A stretch of 64,000 nt of DNA from Vulcanimicrobiota bacterium (GTDB lineage: Bacteria; Vulcanimicrobiota; Vulcanimicrobiia; Vulcanimicrobiales; Vulcanimicrobiaceae). The notes under the pieces were generated by a model, which had not been told where the DNA came from, searched no databases, and worked only from the letters and a program-made list of their open reading frames with translations. The DNA is taken from the NCBI GenBank assembly GCA_963820825.1, contig CAWGBN010000007.1, forward strand, positions 32,001 to 96,000, given 5' to 3'. This document shows positions 31,831 through 41,214 of this stretch, piece after piece. Made by a program: the position numbers and the translations under genes. The number at the start of each line of letters is the position of its first letter. The first letter of the stretch is position 1.

Positions 31831-33891
31831 TCAGATATATTTGACGAGCCAGTCGAGGATGAGACGGAGCCGCTCCACGCGGTGCAGCGGCGCGCCGGTG
31901 CGCGAGAGGTCGTGATTCTCGTCGGGAACGGCCACGTACTCGACCGTGCGCCCGAGAATCTTCAGCGAGGTATACTCCTGCAGTGTCTGATCGATCGGCG
32001 CGCGCGTATCTTCGTCGGAGTGCAGAATCATCACCGGCGTATGGATTCCCTCAACGTACGTCAGCGGTGAGAACTTCGCGTAATCGGTGCTGGCCGGATC
32101 CCACGGCGGCCCCCACGTATAGTAGCCGCCGCCCAAGCCGTTCTTGCCTGCGAAGTCGGCCGCGAGATTCTCACTCTGAAGATTGCTCACCGCACGCTCG
32201 GCAACCGCGACCTTATAGCGGTCGGTGTGCGCGATCACCCATAGTGTGGCGTATCCGCCGTACGAGCCGCCGAGAACGCCCATGTGCGTGGCGTCGACGT
32301 CGGGGCGGCGAACGGCGGCGTTCATCACGGCCTGCACGTCTTGGAACATCGCGTCGCCGTAGTTGCTCTCCAGCGCCTCTTCAAACGCGTACCCGTGGCC
32401 CGTGCTTCCCGCCGGATCGGAGAAGACGACGTTATACCCCATCGACGTATAGAGTTGAAACTCCGCAAAGAACGTATCGCCGAACTGCGTCTCCGGTCCG
32501 CCGTGAATGTCGAGCAGCGTCGGATGCTTCGCACCCGGCGCGCCGGTCGTCGCCGGCATGAACCAGGCCTGCACGGTAAATCCCGCGGGGTCCTTGACGT
32601 CGAACTCCTGCGGCTGGGAGAGGGTCACCGAAGCGAGATAGGCGCCGTTGACGTTGGTGAGCCGGCGCGGCGCGCCGCCCGCAACGTTTGCAACGAAGAC
32701 GTCGGCGGGATGCGCGAAATCGCTATAGAGATAGGCGACGCGGCTTCCATCGGTCGAAACGCTGCACGACCAGGCCTCGCCGTTAGGCGGGGTGACGTCG
32801 GTAAACGTGCCGTTGGTGAGGTCGAGCGTCCGCAGATTTGCATAACCAGGCCCGTCGACGTTGAGCAGCGCGCGGTCGGCCCCGGGCAACGGCGCCCCGC
32901 AGAGTCCGCCGCCCTCTTTCATGTCGGCGAGCAGCGAATCGCCCCAGCCGACCGTATTCTTCGTCACGACAATGCGCCGGTCGGAACCGTCGAGGTTCGC
33001 GACGACGAGCGCCGGCTGCCCCGCCGAGTCTTTGACGTCGGCGCTCAAAAAGTAGACGTGGCGATTGTCGTTGCCGATAAAGAACCCAAAGTTTGCGGGA
33101 AGCGGCGAGTCGACTTTCTGCATTGCGCCGCCCGTCGACGGCACGGTGTAGACGTCGTTCGTTCCGCTATCGACCGATTCGAAGCGCAGGGAGTCGAAGA
33201 GAATCGTCTTATCGTCGGGCGACCACGCATCGAACCCTTCGGAGTATTGACCCGAGGTGAGTTGCTTGGGATTCGAACCATCGGCAGCGACCGTCCAGAT
33301 ATGCTGATGGTCGCGGTAGGTGTAGCCTGCTCCGTTTACCTGGAAGAAGAGCTGGTTGATGATATTGATGTCGCTCTTCTTCTGCGCATCCTTCGGCGTG
33401 AAGCCGGCCTTGGCAAAATCAATCTGCGCCGCCGGCATTGGATCGGTCTCGGTTACCGTGAGCGCGATGCGGTCGCCGGCGTGGGAGACCACCGGTCCCG
33501 AGACGCCCTGCTTCATATGCGTCAGTTGGACGATCGCGCCGGTGCCCAGCGTGTACCGATAGAGTTGCGGCTTCTGCTTCTCCACCCTACGGACGAAGAC
33601 GAAGCTCCGCCCGTCGAGCATCCATGCGTAGTCGCCGTCGCCGACGTGCTTGGTGACGTTCTCGGTGAGCTTTCCCGTCGATACGTCGACGAGGTCGATC
33701 GTGCGATCGTAAGTATCCTTCGGACCGTTCATCCGCGAGGATTGCACCAGCACGTGAGTGCCGTCGGGCGAGATGCTCGTCGCGCTCAAGAGCGTAAGCT
33801 TGTAGAGATCTTCGGGGGCGACCGGCGCCGCCGCGACGGCTATCGGGGAGAACGCCAGGAGGATCGTTGCAAGAAACACATTTCGCATCAC
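31831..33891 (-). CDS. Secreted S9 family peptidase (acylaminoacyl/dipeptidyl peptidase-like)
   Basis: Signal peptide, propeller repeats (WSPD), IHGGP, nucleophile GGSYGG, DTRAP, ENHDL. Confidence 0.92.
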   Translation of the reverse strand: MMRNVFLATILLAFSPIAVAAAPVAPEDLYKLTLLSATSISPDGTHVLVQSSRMNGPKDTYDRTIDLVDVSTGKLTENVTKHVGDGDYAWMLDGRSFVFVRRVEKQKPQLYRYTLGTGAIVQLTHMKQGVSGPVVSHAGDRIALTVTETDPMPAAQIDFAKAGFTPKDAQKKSDINIINQLFFQVNGAGYTYRDHQHIWTVAADGSNPKQLTSGQYSEGFDAWSPDDKTILFDSLRFESVDSGTNDVYTVPSTGGAMQKVDSPLPANFGFFIGNDNRHVYFLSADVKDSAGQPALVVANLDGSDRRIVVTKNTVGWGDSLLADMKEGGGLCGAPLPGADRALLNVDGPGYANLRTLDLTNGTFTDVTPPNGEAWSCSVSTDGSRVAYLYSDFAHPADVFVANVAGGAPRRLTNVNGAYLASVTLSQPQEFDVKDPAGFTVQAWFMPATTGAPGAKHPTLLDIHGGPETQFGDTFFAEFQLYTSMGYNVVFSDPAGSTGHGYAFEEALESNYGDAMFQDVQAVMNAAVRRPDVDATHMGVLGGSYGGYATLWVIAHTDRYKVAVAERAVSNLQSENLAADFAGKNGLGGGYYTWGPPWDPASTDYAKFSPLTYVEGIHTPVMILHSDEDTRAPIDQTLQEYTSLKILGRTVEYVAVPDENHDLSRTGAPLHRVERLRLILDWLVKYI

Positions 33892-36005
33892 GTGCCTTTT
33901 TGCGCCCCGGCGTAGAAGATTACCTTGAAGATCGCTTGCGGCACGGTGGTCAGCGCGTTGGGGTTGCCGTAGGCGATATAGATCTCGCTGCGGCGCAGGC
34001 GCAAGTGATAGGCGATCGAGACGTTAGAGCACTCCCCTTCGCAGTTACCGCCGCCGTTGGGAATCGGCGGATAGCCCACCACCCGCCGCAGGCCGATCGC
34101 GAACGACGAGTTCGGCCCGAGCTGGTATGCATAGCTGAGACTCTCGAACCATTGGATGTTGTCGGAGGCCGGCGAGGGTTGCCACTGCGCGGTGTCGTCG
34201 AGCGAGAGCGTCAGCGCGCCGTGATTGCCGACCCGGATCGTCGTAGAGCGGAACCACGTATCGAGCCGGCCCGCGCCGTATCGGCCGGTGTTGTACGAGA
34301 TGCTCGTCGGATACGAGGACGGACCGTGATACGGAAACTGTCCGGGATTATTCGTCTGCAGCCCGCTGTTGTAGGTGAACTGAAAGCCCCCGTTCTGCGT
34401 GATCGGCGTCAGCAGATCGCCGAACCGCCAGTAGTTCGAGCCGGAGTAAAACTGCAGATCGAGCGCCTTCTTCGTAAGCACGTCGAGGACGAGCTGGTTA
34501 TCGCTCTGCGCCTGGCCGAATTCCGGCCCTTGATACCGGTCGAGGAAGCCGGCCAGACCCACCGAGACCAGCTTAGCGCTCGGACTAAAATCGAAGATCT
34601 TGGCCGCATAGAGTGCGTAGCCGGCGATGCCCGGGTGCGAGATGAAGCCGTCGGTCGGGTTATAGTATTCGCCGAGCTTGCGCGTCGCGCCGAAGAAGCC
34701 GAAGGTTTGATTCGCCCAACCGGCCCCAACTTCGTAGTACTGCGCCTGGTCGGGCACGAGCGCGTTCGTCCCCGAGTCGTTGCCGTAGTTCGCGTACGCG
34801 CTGAAGTGCTTGAGATCCGAGTATGCGATCCCGCCCTCCGTCGTCGTGTCTATGAATCCCGGCATCGTCACCGAGACGCGTTGCAGACTCGTGAACCAGC
34901 TCGTGTTCGCTGAGGTAAAGTTGAGCGCGCTCGCGAGGTCGTTGCGGTTATCGCCGACCGAGTCGAAGGTTGCAAAGCCGAGCGGGCCCTGTTTGCCCTC
35001 GACGGCGTACCCCTGCGAGGGCGTCGGAATCGCCGGGGTATAGAGCGATTGGATGTTCTGACAGGCGTCGCAGTTGAACTGATTGTAGAAGCTCGCGGCC
35101 TGCGTAAAGAAGGGCCGCACTTCGCTATAATACCGCTGGTAGACCGTCGGCGCGATCGTTTGCTGATCGAGTTCGACGTTGGAGTAATCCGGATGAAAGG
35201 TCGAGTAGAACGACGCCGTCGGGGTGATCGGAATCGAGAGATCGGCCCCGACGCGTGAGGTCGAGCCGCCGATCGTCTGGCTCGCCGCTTCGCCGAGGGC
35301 ATAAATCGCGGCGCGCGGTTTGGGGCGCGAGAACCCGACTTTGATCTGCGGAAGCGTGATGCTGCCCGCGTGCGCGTAATCGGAGTTGCCGAAACTGTCG
35401 GGCTGCATTTGAATTTTGTCGAACGACCAGACCTGCTGCTCGCCCGTAGCGCGTACGTAGCGCACGAACTGCGCCTTCCAAGTGCCGCCGTGCGCGTTGC
35501 GGATAACGTCGAGCGGTATCCGCATCGTGACCGTGTAACCGTCGCCGTGCGTTATGCCCTGCGAGTCCCAATTCGGCGAATAGCCGGTATTCTCCGACGA
35601 GTACTCGTAGTGCGTTCCGTTCGGCGTCGAATAGAACTGATAGAAGTAGCCGCTGATGCCGTTGGGCCAGAGGTCGACCCAGACCGCGTCGTCGCTTCCT
35701 TGACCGACGTCGTTAGTGTGCTGCGCGGCCGAGATCTGCTCGCGCTGCTTGGCATCGAAGCGCAGGTAGAGCGAGTGCCCGTCGGTCCCGATCCAGGCCG
35801 TCGTCGGTTCGCTCGCCGGACGGGAACGGAAGGCATCCCAGGTTAGCTGCAGGTTCGCCGCGTGCGACCACTCGGTCACCGGCGCGTTGGGATCGAGCGG
35901 GGGATCGGCCGCGTCGGGGACTGCGACCTGGGGATAGGCGAGCGCCGCTACGGTCGTCATCGCGATAACCGCCGCGGCGCCGATCGCCGCGAGCCGGCCG
36001 TTCAT
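33888..36005 (-). CDS. Exported protein with CBM9/DOMON-like N-terminus and DUF5916-like, probably beta-barrel C-terminus
   Basis: Signal peptide; GYTVTMRIPL, HPDYSNVELD, EVRPFF; aromatic beta-strand pattern; TAATG and GTGA coupling with neighbours. Confidence 0.7.
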   Translation of the reverse strand: MNGRLAAIGAAAVIAMTTVAALAYPQVAVPDAADPPLDPNAPVTEWSHAANLQLTWDAFRSRPASEPTTAWIGTDGHSLYLRFDAKQREQISAAQHTNDVGQGSDDAVWVDLWPNGISGYFYQFYSTPNGTHYEYSSENTGYSPNWDSQGITHGDGYTVTMRIPLDVIRNAHGGTWKAQFVRYVRATGEQQVWSFDKIQMQPDSFGNSDYAHAGSITLPQIKVGFSRPKPRAAIYALGEAASQTIGGSTSRVGADLSIPITPTASFYSTFHPDYSNVELDQQTIAPTVYQRYYSEVRPFFTQAASFYNQFNCDACQNIQSLYTPAIPTPSQGYAVEGKQGPLGFATFDSVGDNRNDLASALNFTSANTSWFTSLQRVSVTMPGFIDTTTEGGIAYSDLKHFSAYANYGNDSGTNALVPDQAQYYEVGAGWANQTFGFFGATRKLGEYYNPTDGFISHPGIAGYALYAAKIFDFSPSAKLVSVGLAGFLDRYQGPEFGQAQSDNQLVLDVLTKKALDLQFYSGSNYWRFGDLLTPITQNGGFQFTYNSGLQTNNPGQFPYHGPSSYPTSISYNTGRYGAGRLDTWFRSTTIRVGNHGALTLSLDDTAQWQPSPASDNIQWFESLSYAYQLGPNSSFAIGLRRVVGYPPIPNGGGNCEGECSNVSIAYHLRLRRSEIYIAYGNPNALTTVPQAIFKVIFYAGAQKGT

Positions 36006-36781
36006 TACAGAGTCGCTCCCTCGAGATTCGAGTTGCTGCCGCGCCGCAGCGTCGCCGCATCGACCGCTTTGCAGTTCTGCGGCTCGCGGCCGCCCCGGCA
36101 GACTAGCGCCCCGCGCAGATCCGCTCCGTGCAGATCGGCGTTGAGGAAATTGGCGCAATGGATTCCGTCGGTGGTATGGCTTTCGTTATCGATCACCACG
36201 TTGCCGTACGAGCAGAGCTGCGCGTTGCGAAAGTCCGCGTCGCGCAGATCGGCGCCGACAAAATCGACGCCTTGCACGTCCGCCCGCTCGAAGCGTACGC
36301 CGCGGGCGCTCGCATCGCGAAAATCGCTGCCGACGATCGAGACGCCCGAGAGATCGCGTCCCCGCAGGTCCGCGCCGCGCGCGTTGCAGCCGATGCATCG
36401 AGCGAAGAGCCCGCGCAGGTCGGCGTCGTCGAGCCCGGTCACCGCGTCGCTCAGGTTCGCGCCGGTGAGATTCGTCGACCCGAAGTGCGCGCCGTGAAGC
36501 TTCGCGCTGCGGAGGTCTACGCCGGTGAGGTTTGCATCGCGCAAATCCGCGCCGCGCAGATCCGCGCGGCTAAAGTCCACGCCGGTCAGATTGGCATTGC
36601 GGAGATTCGCGTTACGCAGATCCGATCGGGCGAAGTCTACGCCGACGTAGGCTCCGTGGGTGAGGTCGGCTCCGCGCAGATCGCGTCCGGCAAAGTCGCA
36701 TCCGGTGCAGTTTGCCGGCAGTCCCGGCCCGACGGCCAGGGTAAGTACGAGCGACATAAGCGAAGGTAAGCGGCCGTTCAT
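36005..36781 (-). CDS. Secreted pentapeptide-repeat protein with CxxC caps
   Basis: Signal-like N-terminus; A(D/N)LxG repeats; CTGCD and CIGCN; SD GGAG. Confidence 0.9.
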   Translation of the reverse strand: MNGRLPSLMSLVLTLAVGPGLPANCTGCDFAGRDLRGADLTHGAYVGVDFARSDLRNANLRNANLTGVDFSRADLRGADLRDANLTGVDLRSAKLHGAHFGSTNLTGANLSDAVTGLDDADLRGLFARCIGCNARGADLRGRDLSGVSIVGSDFRDASARGVRFERADVQGVDFVGADLRDADFRNAQLCSYGNVVIDNESHTTDGIHCANFLNADLHGADLRGALVCRGGREPQNCKAVDAATLRRGSNSNLEGATL

Positions 36782-36893
36782 TGTCGTTCTCCACTTTGAA
36801 ATCGGCGATTGGGGTGCACGAAACCAGACCGGCAATCGCCAGGCGTTATTTTTGGGATAGGTCGGTCGGGCGCGCTATCGCGCCGAGCCTAGA

Positions 36894-39005
36894 TCAGGGG
36901 TGCGGCGAGTGGCCCTTCGAGAAGTCCATACCGATCATCTTGGTCCTCGAAAGATCGACGTGACTAAGGTCGACGCCGCTCAGGTCGCAACCGTTGAGCG
37001 TTGCGCCGACCAGATTTACTCCGTCCATTCTTGCATTACTGAAATCGGTGCCGACAAGTTCCGCTCCGGCGAAGTTGACGTTGCGCAGATCGGCCCCCGT
37101 GAAGTCGTCGCCGTTCGTGCGCACGCCGTGCAAGTCAAGCCCCGATAGGTCGGCCCGGCTGAAGTCGCAGCCCTTGCAGTGAGTCAGGACGTCTCGGGCC
37201 TGCGACGATCCGAGCCGGGCTCCCGTGAACTGACAACCCGAGAGCCACGCGCCGGTGAAATCGGCGCCGGTCAGGTTTGCGTTCGAGAAGTCGCAGCCGG
37301 TCAGGTGGGCGTTGCGGAATGACGCGCCGCTCAGATTCGCCTTGGTGAAGTCGGCGCCGTTGAAAGATCCGCCTGAAAAGTTCGCTCCGGTCAGGTTCGC
37401 CTTGGAGAAGTCGACGCCGGTGTAGTTGACGTCGCGCAGGTCCTTGCCGGCCCAGTTGACGCCGCTGTAGTCACAGCCGACGCAGGTCTTCACTTGCGCG
37501 AGGGTCGTCGCGGCGATGTGCCGCGCGAGCGCGGCCGTCGAGCGCGTCATCTCCTGCGCAAGCTTCGTCTCGCCGGCCGGAAGCGTAACGCTCATCTTCG
37601 GGACGTTCACGTCCGTGGCCGGAACATGCAGCGTCATGCCCGGGACGGTGACGTGCGTCGCCGGAACCTCGATCGTCCTCCGTTGCCGCGGCGGGCTTTG
37701 CGGCTGGGCAGGCGGATTCTGACTCCGCACAGGCGGACTCTGACTCTGCGCAGCGGTTTGCGTGCGCCGGACGACCTCGATGCGCATGGCAGCCGCGCTG
37801 TGCGCTGCGGCCGAGGCCGCGACGTGCGGTGCGAGCGACGCGGCGACGCGCGGCGCGGCCGGCGTGGCGACCTGAGGGGCGGTGGCCGGCGCCGCCGCCG
37901 TGGCGATTACCGGACCCGCCACCGACGGCGCGACCGCGGCGATCGCAAGCGCGATTGATCCGACGATCGCTACCGCGGCGGCAGCCGGCCCGAGCGAGAG
38001 ATTGGTCGCAATGTTGCGGCCCGCGCCGAGCAGCCGTTCGATGCGCAGCGAGATGTGCTTTCGCGTCGCGAAGACGCCGGGGGCGGGGATCGGGTTGCGC
38101 GGCCACGACGCATTCTCCGCCATCTTGGTGAGGCAGAGCGCGTACGGCCGAACGGTGCCGATGAACGAGAGCACCCAATCGTCGCAAGCGACCTCGCGTT
38201 CGAGATCGAGTTGCTGTCCGGCAAAGAGCGCGGCGGGATTCCAGCCGAGCAACGCGCTGATCAGCCGCTGCAAGCCGTTCGTCCAATCGTCGGCACGGCG
38301 CAGATGCGCGAGCTCGTGCAGGCAGATCTGATCCACCTCCGGCTCGGAGAGCCGGTCGAGCAGCGAATGCGGGATGAGGATCATCGCATCGAAGAGCCCG
38401 ACGGCGATCGGAACGTCGGTCGCGTCGCTGACGCAGAGCCGAACGTCCCGTGCGCCTTTATTCGCCCGCAGCCATTGCGGCATCGCGTCGCGATACTCGA
38501 CCGGTAGCGGAAGCGCGTCGCGTTTGAGCTGCTCGAGGCGAATCAAGCCGACCGCGAGACGAACGATCGCGTAACCGGCAAATCCCAGCCACAGCAGAAA
38601 GACGGCGACCGAAACTGCGGTCGGAATCGTCACCCGCGCGCGTTCGGGAAGACGTACCGGTTCGGGTTGCGCGCCGGCCGGCGTCGTCGTCCTTTGGAGC
38701 GGCGCCGGGAGCTCCGTATGCTTTACGGGTTCGTGCGAGACGGTCGCCGTTTGACGAATCGTCGCGAGCGTCGTGACGACCTGCGCCGGCGCAAAGAACG
38801 CAAGCGTCGTCGCCACCGGCACGACGAAGGCCGCGATCAGCGTCGCGCTCCAAACCGCGTACCGGGTTGCCGCGTTGATGCGCGGCCACGCGCGCAGCAG
38901 CAGCCAGACGCAGAGAACGAGCAGTGCGTCCTGCCAGAGCGCGTTTAGCACGATTGCCGAAAGCGCGCTCGCGACGGTTAGGAATCCTTGCTCTAGTCCG
39001 TTCAC
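36894..39005 (-). CDS. BlaR1/MecR1-like M56 metallopeptidase fused to C-terminal pentapeptide repeats
   Basis: TM helices, HELAH (HEXXH), REVACDD, LRIERLL, Pro/Ala linker, then CVGCDY and CKGCDF with A(N/D)(L/F)xG repeats. Confidence 0.92.
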   Translation of the reverse strand: MNGLEQGFLTVASALSAIVLNALWQDALLVLCVWLLLRAWPRINAATRYAVWSATLIAAFVVPVATTLAFFAPAQVVTTLATIRQTATVSHEPVKHTELPAPLQRTTTPAGAQPEPVRLPERARVTIPTAVSVAVFLLWLGFAGYAIVRLAVGLIRLEQLKRDALPLPVEYRDAMPQWLRANKGARDVRLCVSDATDVPIAVGLFDAMILIPHSLLDRLSEPEVDQICLHELAHLRRADDWTNGLQRLISALLGWNPAALFAGQQLDLEREVACDDWVLSFIGTVRPYALCLTKMAENASWPRNPIPAPGVFATRKHISLRIERLLGAGRNIATNLSLGPAAAAVAIVGSIALAIAAVAPSVAGPVIATAAAPATAPQVATPAAPRVAASLAPHVAASAAAHSAAAMRIEVVRRTQTAAQSQSPPVRSQNPPAQPQSPPRQRRTIEVPATHVTVPGMTLHVPATDVNVPKMSVTLPAGETKLAQEMTRSTAALARHIAATTLAQVKTCVGCDYSGVNWAGKDLRDVNYTGVDFSKANLTGANFSGGSFNGADFTKANLSGASFRNAHLTGCDFSNANLTGADFTGAWLSGCQFTGARLGSSQARDVLTHCKGCDFSRADLSGLDLHGVRTNGDDFTGADLRNVNFAGAELVGTDFSNARMDGVNLVGATLNGCDLSGVDLSHVDLSRTKMIGMDFSKGHSPHP

Positions 39006-39388
39006 TCTCCCGGCTCCTCATACTCGGCGATCAGCGCCCGCAGGCGAAGCAGCTCCTCGTTCGAGGGTCGCTCCGTCTCGATCAAGCGTAGCGCAAGTGC
39101 GCCTGCGCTGTTGTCAAAGAATCTTGAAAGCAGATGTCCGACGGCGTGTCCGGCCGCCTCCTCCCGCGCGACGAGCGTGCGGTAGACGTACGCTCGCCCG
39201 GCCTCCACGTGGTCGACGTACCCCTTGCGCTCGAGGATCCGCATCGTCGTGAGCACGCTATTGTAGGCGAGCGGTGGAGGGGGTAACGCGGCCGTCACGT
39301 CCGCGACGGTCGCCTCGCCCTTCTCCCAGAGTACTTCCATCAGCCGAAGCTCGGCTTCCGTGAGCGTGACGGAACGGCGTCGCGCCAT
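39002..39388 (-). CDS. BlaI/MecI/CopY family repressor
   Basis: LTEAELRLMEVLW, LAYNSVLTTMRILERKGYV, GRAYVY. Confidence 0.93.
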   Translation of the reverse strand: MARRRSVTLTEAELRLMEVLWEKGEATVADVTAALPPPPLAYNSVLTTMRILERKGYVDHVEAGRAYVYRTLVAREEAAGHAVGHLLSRFFDNSAGALALRLIETERPSNEELLRLRALIAEYEEPGE

Positions 39389-39389
39389 C

Positions 39390-39515
39390 CTATCGCCCCA
39401 GATCCGGGCCCCAGCCCTGGAAGATGCGGCTGGAGCCGTGCGCGTCGGGCAACCGGACCCGCGTACGGGCGGTCACGGGGAGCTCTTCGGTCGTGGGGTC
39501 GGGCTTGCGGGTCAT
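39390..39515 (-). CDS. Putative 41-aa leader protein MTRKPDPTTEELPVTARTRVRLPDAHGSSRIFQGWGPDLGR
   Basis: SD GGAGG (39521-39525), first ORF after the promoter, stop 1 nt before the blaI-like ATG. Confidence 0.6.
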   Translation of the reverse strand: MTRKPDPTTEELPVTARTRVRLPDAHGSSRIFQGWGPDLGR

Positions 39516-39534
39516 CTCTGCCTCCATTGGGTCT

Positions 39535-39593
39535 ACTAACGATTTAGTTGCATCATATCCGGCCGCGGCGGCTTTGTCAACTAAGTATTTAGG
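39535..39593 (-). promoter_or_regulatory. Sigma70-type promoter TTGACA-N17-TATGAT flanked by two ACTAA-N4-TTAG(T/G) palindromic operators
   Basis: -35 at 39575-39580, -10 at 39552-39557; boxes at 39535-39548 and 39580-39593. Confidence 0.8.
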
Positions 39594-39705
39594 ATTAAAA
39601 GAGCCCCGGAGACTGCCCCCACGCGGCGAGCCGTTGGGGGAATGCCGAAAGTGGCTGCCAATAAGGAGGCTGACTCAATCGCCCCACGCACCCAAGGAGA
39701 AGAGT

Positions 39706-40740
39706 TTGTTGAAAACGGCGCGCCTGGCGCTCCTATTTCTGACCGGCGGCCTGTTGGCCGCGTGCGGCAAAGGAACGCCGATCACCAGCGGCACGCCGAC
39801 GCCCTCCCCCACGATTCCGCCGCAAGTCACCGCTCAGTACAAAATTCCGACCGCGTCGAGCGAACCGCTCGGCATTGCGCTGGGAAGCGACGGCAATATT
39901 TGGGTGACCGAATTCGCATCGAGTAAGATGGCGCGGCTCGGCACGGCGGGTAAATTCGCCGAGAGCGTCACGCCCACACGCAAGGCCGGCCCCAACGGCG
40001 TCGCTTCAGGCCCCGGGCCGAACCTCAACGTCTGGTTCACCGAAACCAACGTCGGCCGCGTCGCGCAAGTTACGATTGCGGGACCGCCCTACTCGGAGTA
40101 CACGCTACCCGATTCCGCGGCGAAGCCGGTCGGCATCGCGCTCGGATCGGATGGGAACATGTGGGTTACCGACCCCGGTACGAACTCGGTCTGGCGCGTC
40201 GAGCAGATTCGCGCGAAGCCCCACGTGCACTTTACGCAGTACCACCTCACCGGCAACGCGCAACCGATGGTGATCACCAACGGTCCCGATGGCGCGCTCT
40301 GGTTTACCGAACCCGGAACGGACAGCATCGGTCGTCTCAGCACCAACGGCCGCACGCTCAGCGAGTATCCGCTCACGACGAAGAACGCCTATCCGATGGG
40401 CATCGCCTCGGGAACCGATAACGGGCTCTGGTTCGTCGAACAGAAGGGGCTCCAGATCGGCCGCATGTCGATCACCGGAGCCGTTACCGCCGAGTATCCG
40501 CTCAACGGAGCGATGCAGCCCGATGCGATCGTGCAGGGCATCGACGGGAACTTCTACTTCACCGATACCGCCAAGAATAAGATCGGGCAGTTCTTCTTCA
40601 AAACGCATCGCGTGAATTTCTACTCCATTCCCACGGCAGACTCCGAACCGACGGCGATGACGATCGGATTGGACGGGCAGGTCTATTTCGTCGAGACGGC
40701 CGGCAATAAGGTGGGTCAGTTCCGCTACTTCAACGTGTAG
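39706..40740 (+). CDS. Lipoprotein with Vgb (virginiamycin B lyase)-like propeller repeats
   Basis: SD AAGGAG, lipobox LAAC, repeats P.GI..GPDGALWFTE. Confidence 0.85.
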   Translation: MLKTARLALLFLTGGLLAACGKGTPITSGTPTPSPTIPPQVTAQYKIPTASSEPLGIALGSDGNIWVTEFASSKMARLGTAGKFAESVTPTRKAGPNGVASGPGPNLNVWFTETNVGRVAQVTIAGPPYSEYTLPDSAAKPVGIALGSDGNMWVTDPGTNSVWRVEQIRAKPHVHFTQYHLTGNAQPMVITNGPDGALWFTEPGTDSIGRLSTNGRTLSEYPLTTKNAYPMGIASGTDNGLWFVEQKGLQIGRMSITGAVTAEYPLNGAMQPDAIVQGIDGNFYFTDTAKNKIGQFFFKTHRVNFYSIPTADSEPTAMTIGLDGQVYFVETAGNKVGQFRYFNV

Positions 40741-41008
40741 GCCGCTCCGCGCCGGCATCGCTCGGCTGCAGCTCGGCCAGCACGCGAACCTCCGCCGCGC
40801 TACCGATCAAAAAATAGCGCGTTCCGACTCGAACGAGATGGATCGCGGCCTGGGTGGATAGCGCCGTCGTCTCCAGCAGTTTCAGGCAACGGCCGGCGCC
40901 GAACGGGCGCACCGTCTTAAGCCGGCGAGCGACGGCGTAGGCGATCGTCAGCAAGAGCCCGACTACCGCCAGCTTCGCAACGTAGGCCGCCCAAAAGCCC
41001 GCGGGCAT
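40730..41008 (-). CDS. fliO: Flagellar biosynthesis protein FliO-like
   Basis: One TM, then LKLLETTALS..AAIHLVRVGTRYFLIG; next to flbD and fliJ. Confidence 0.75.
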   Translation of the reverse strand: MPAGFWAAYVAKLAVVGLLLTIAYAVARRLKTVRPFGAGRCLKLLETTALSTQAAIHLVRVGTRYFLIGSAAEVRVLAELQPSDAGAERPTR

Positions 41009-41013
41009 CGCGG

Positions 41014-41214
41014 CTATTGCGCAGCGGAGCTCGCGGCGTAAATCTTGCGCCTGAAGGCCACGACGCGGCGCTCGATCTCCTCCGGCGGTTCGCAGACGAC
41101 CACGGTATTTCCGGTCGTCAGCGTTACGATCGTCTCGCCGTTGCGCTCGATCCTCTCGATCAAGTCGCAGTTGAGCATCACCGGTTGGCCGTTCGGCCGC
41201 GAGAGCGCGATCAC
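41014..41214 (-). CDS. flbD: Flagellar FlbD family protein
   Basis: MIALSRPNG..VMLNCDLIERIE...TIVTLTTG..VVV.E. Confidence 0.88.
   Translation of the reverse strand: MIALSRPNGQPVMLNCDLIERIERNGETIVTLTTGNTVVVCEPPEEIERRVVAFRRKIYAASSAAQ

Noticed and set aside
36005..37500. Pentapeptide proteins as Qnr/MfpA gyrase protectors
   Set aside because: Both appear exported (signal peptide or after a TM helix), so they are unlikely to reach gyrase.
39706..40740. True streptogramin B resistance gene vgb
   Set aside because: It has a lipoprotein signal and only generic propeller repeats; catalytic residues were not verified.
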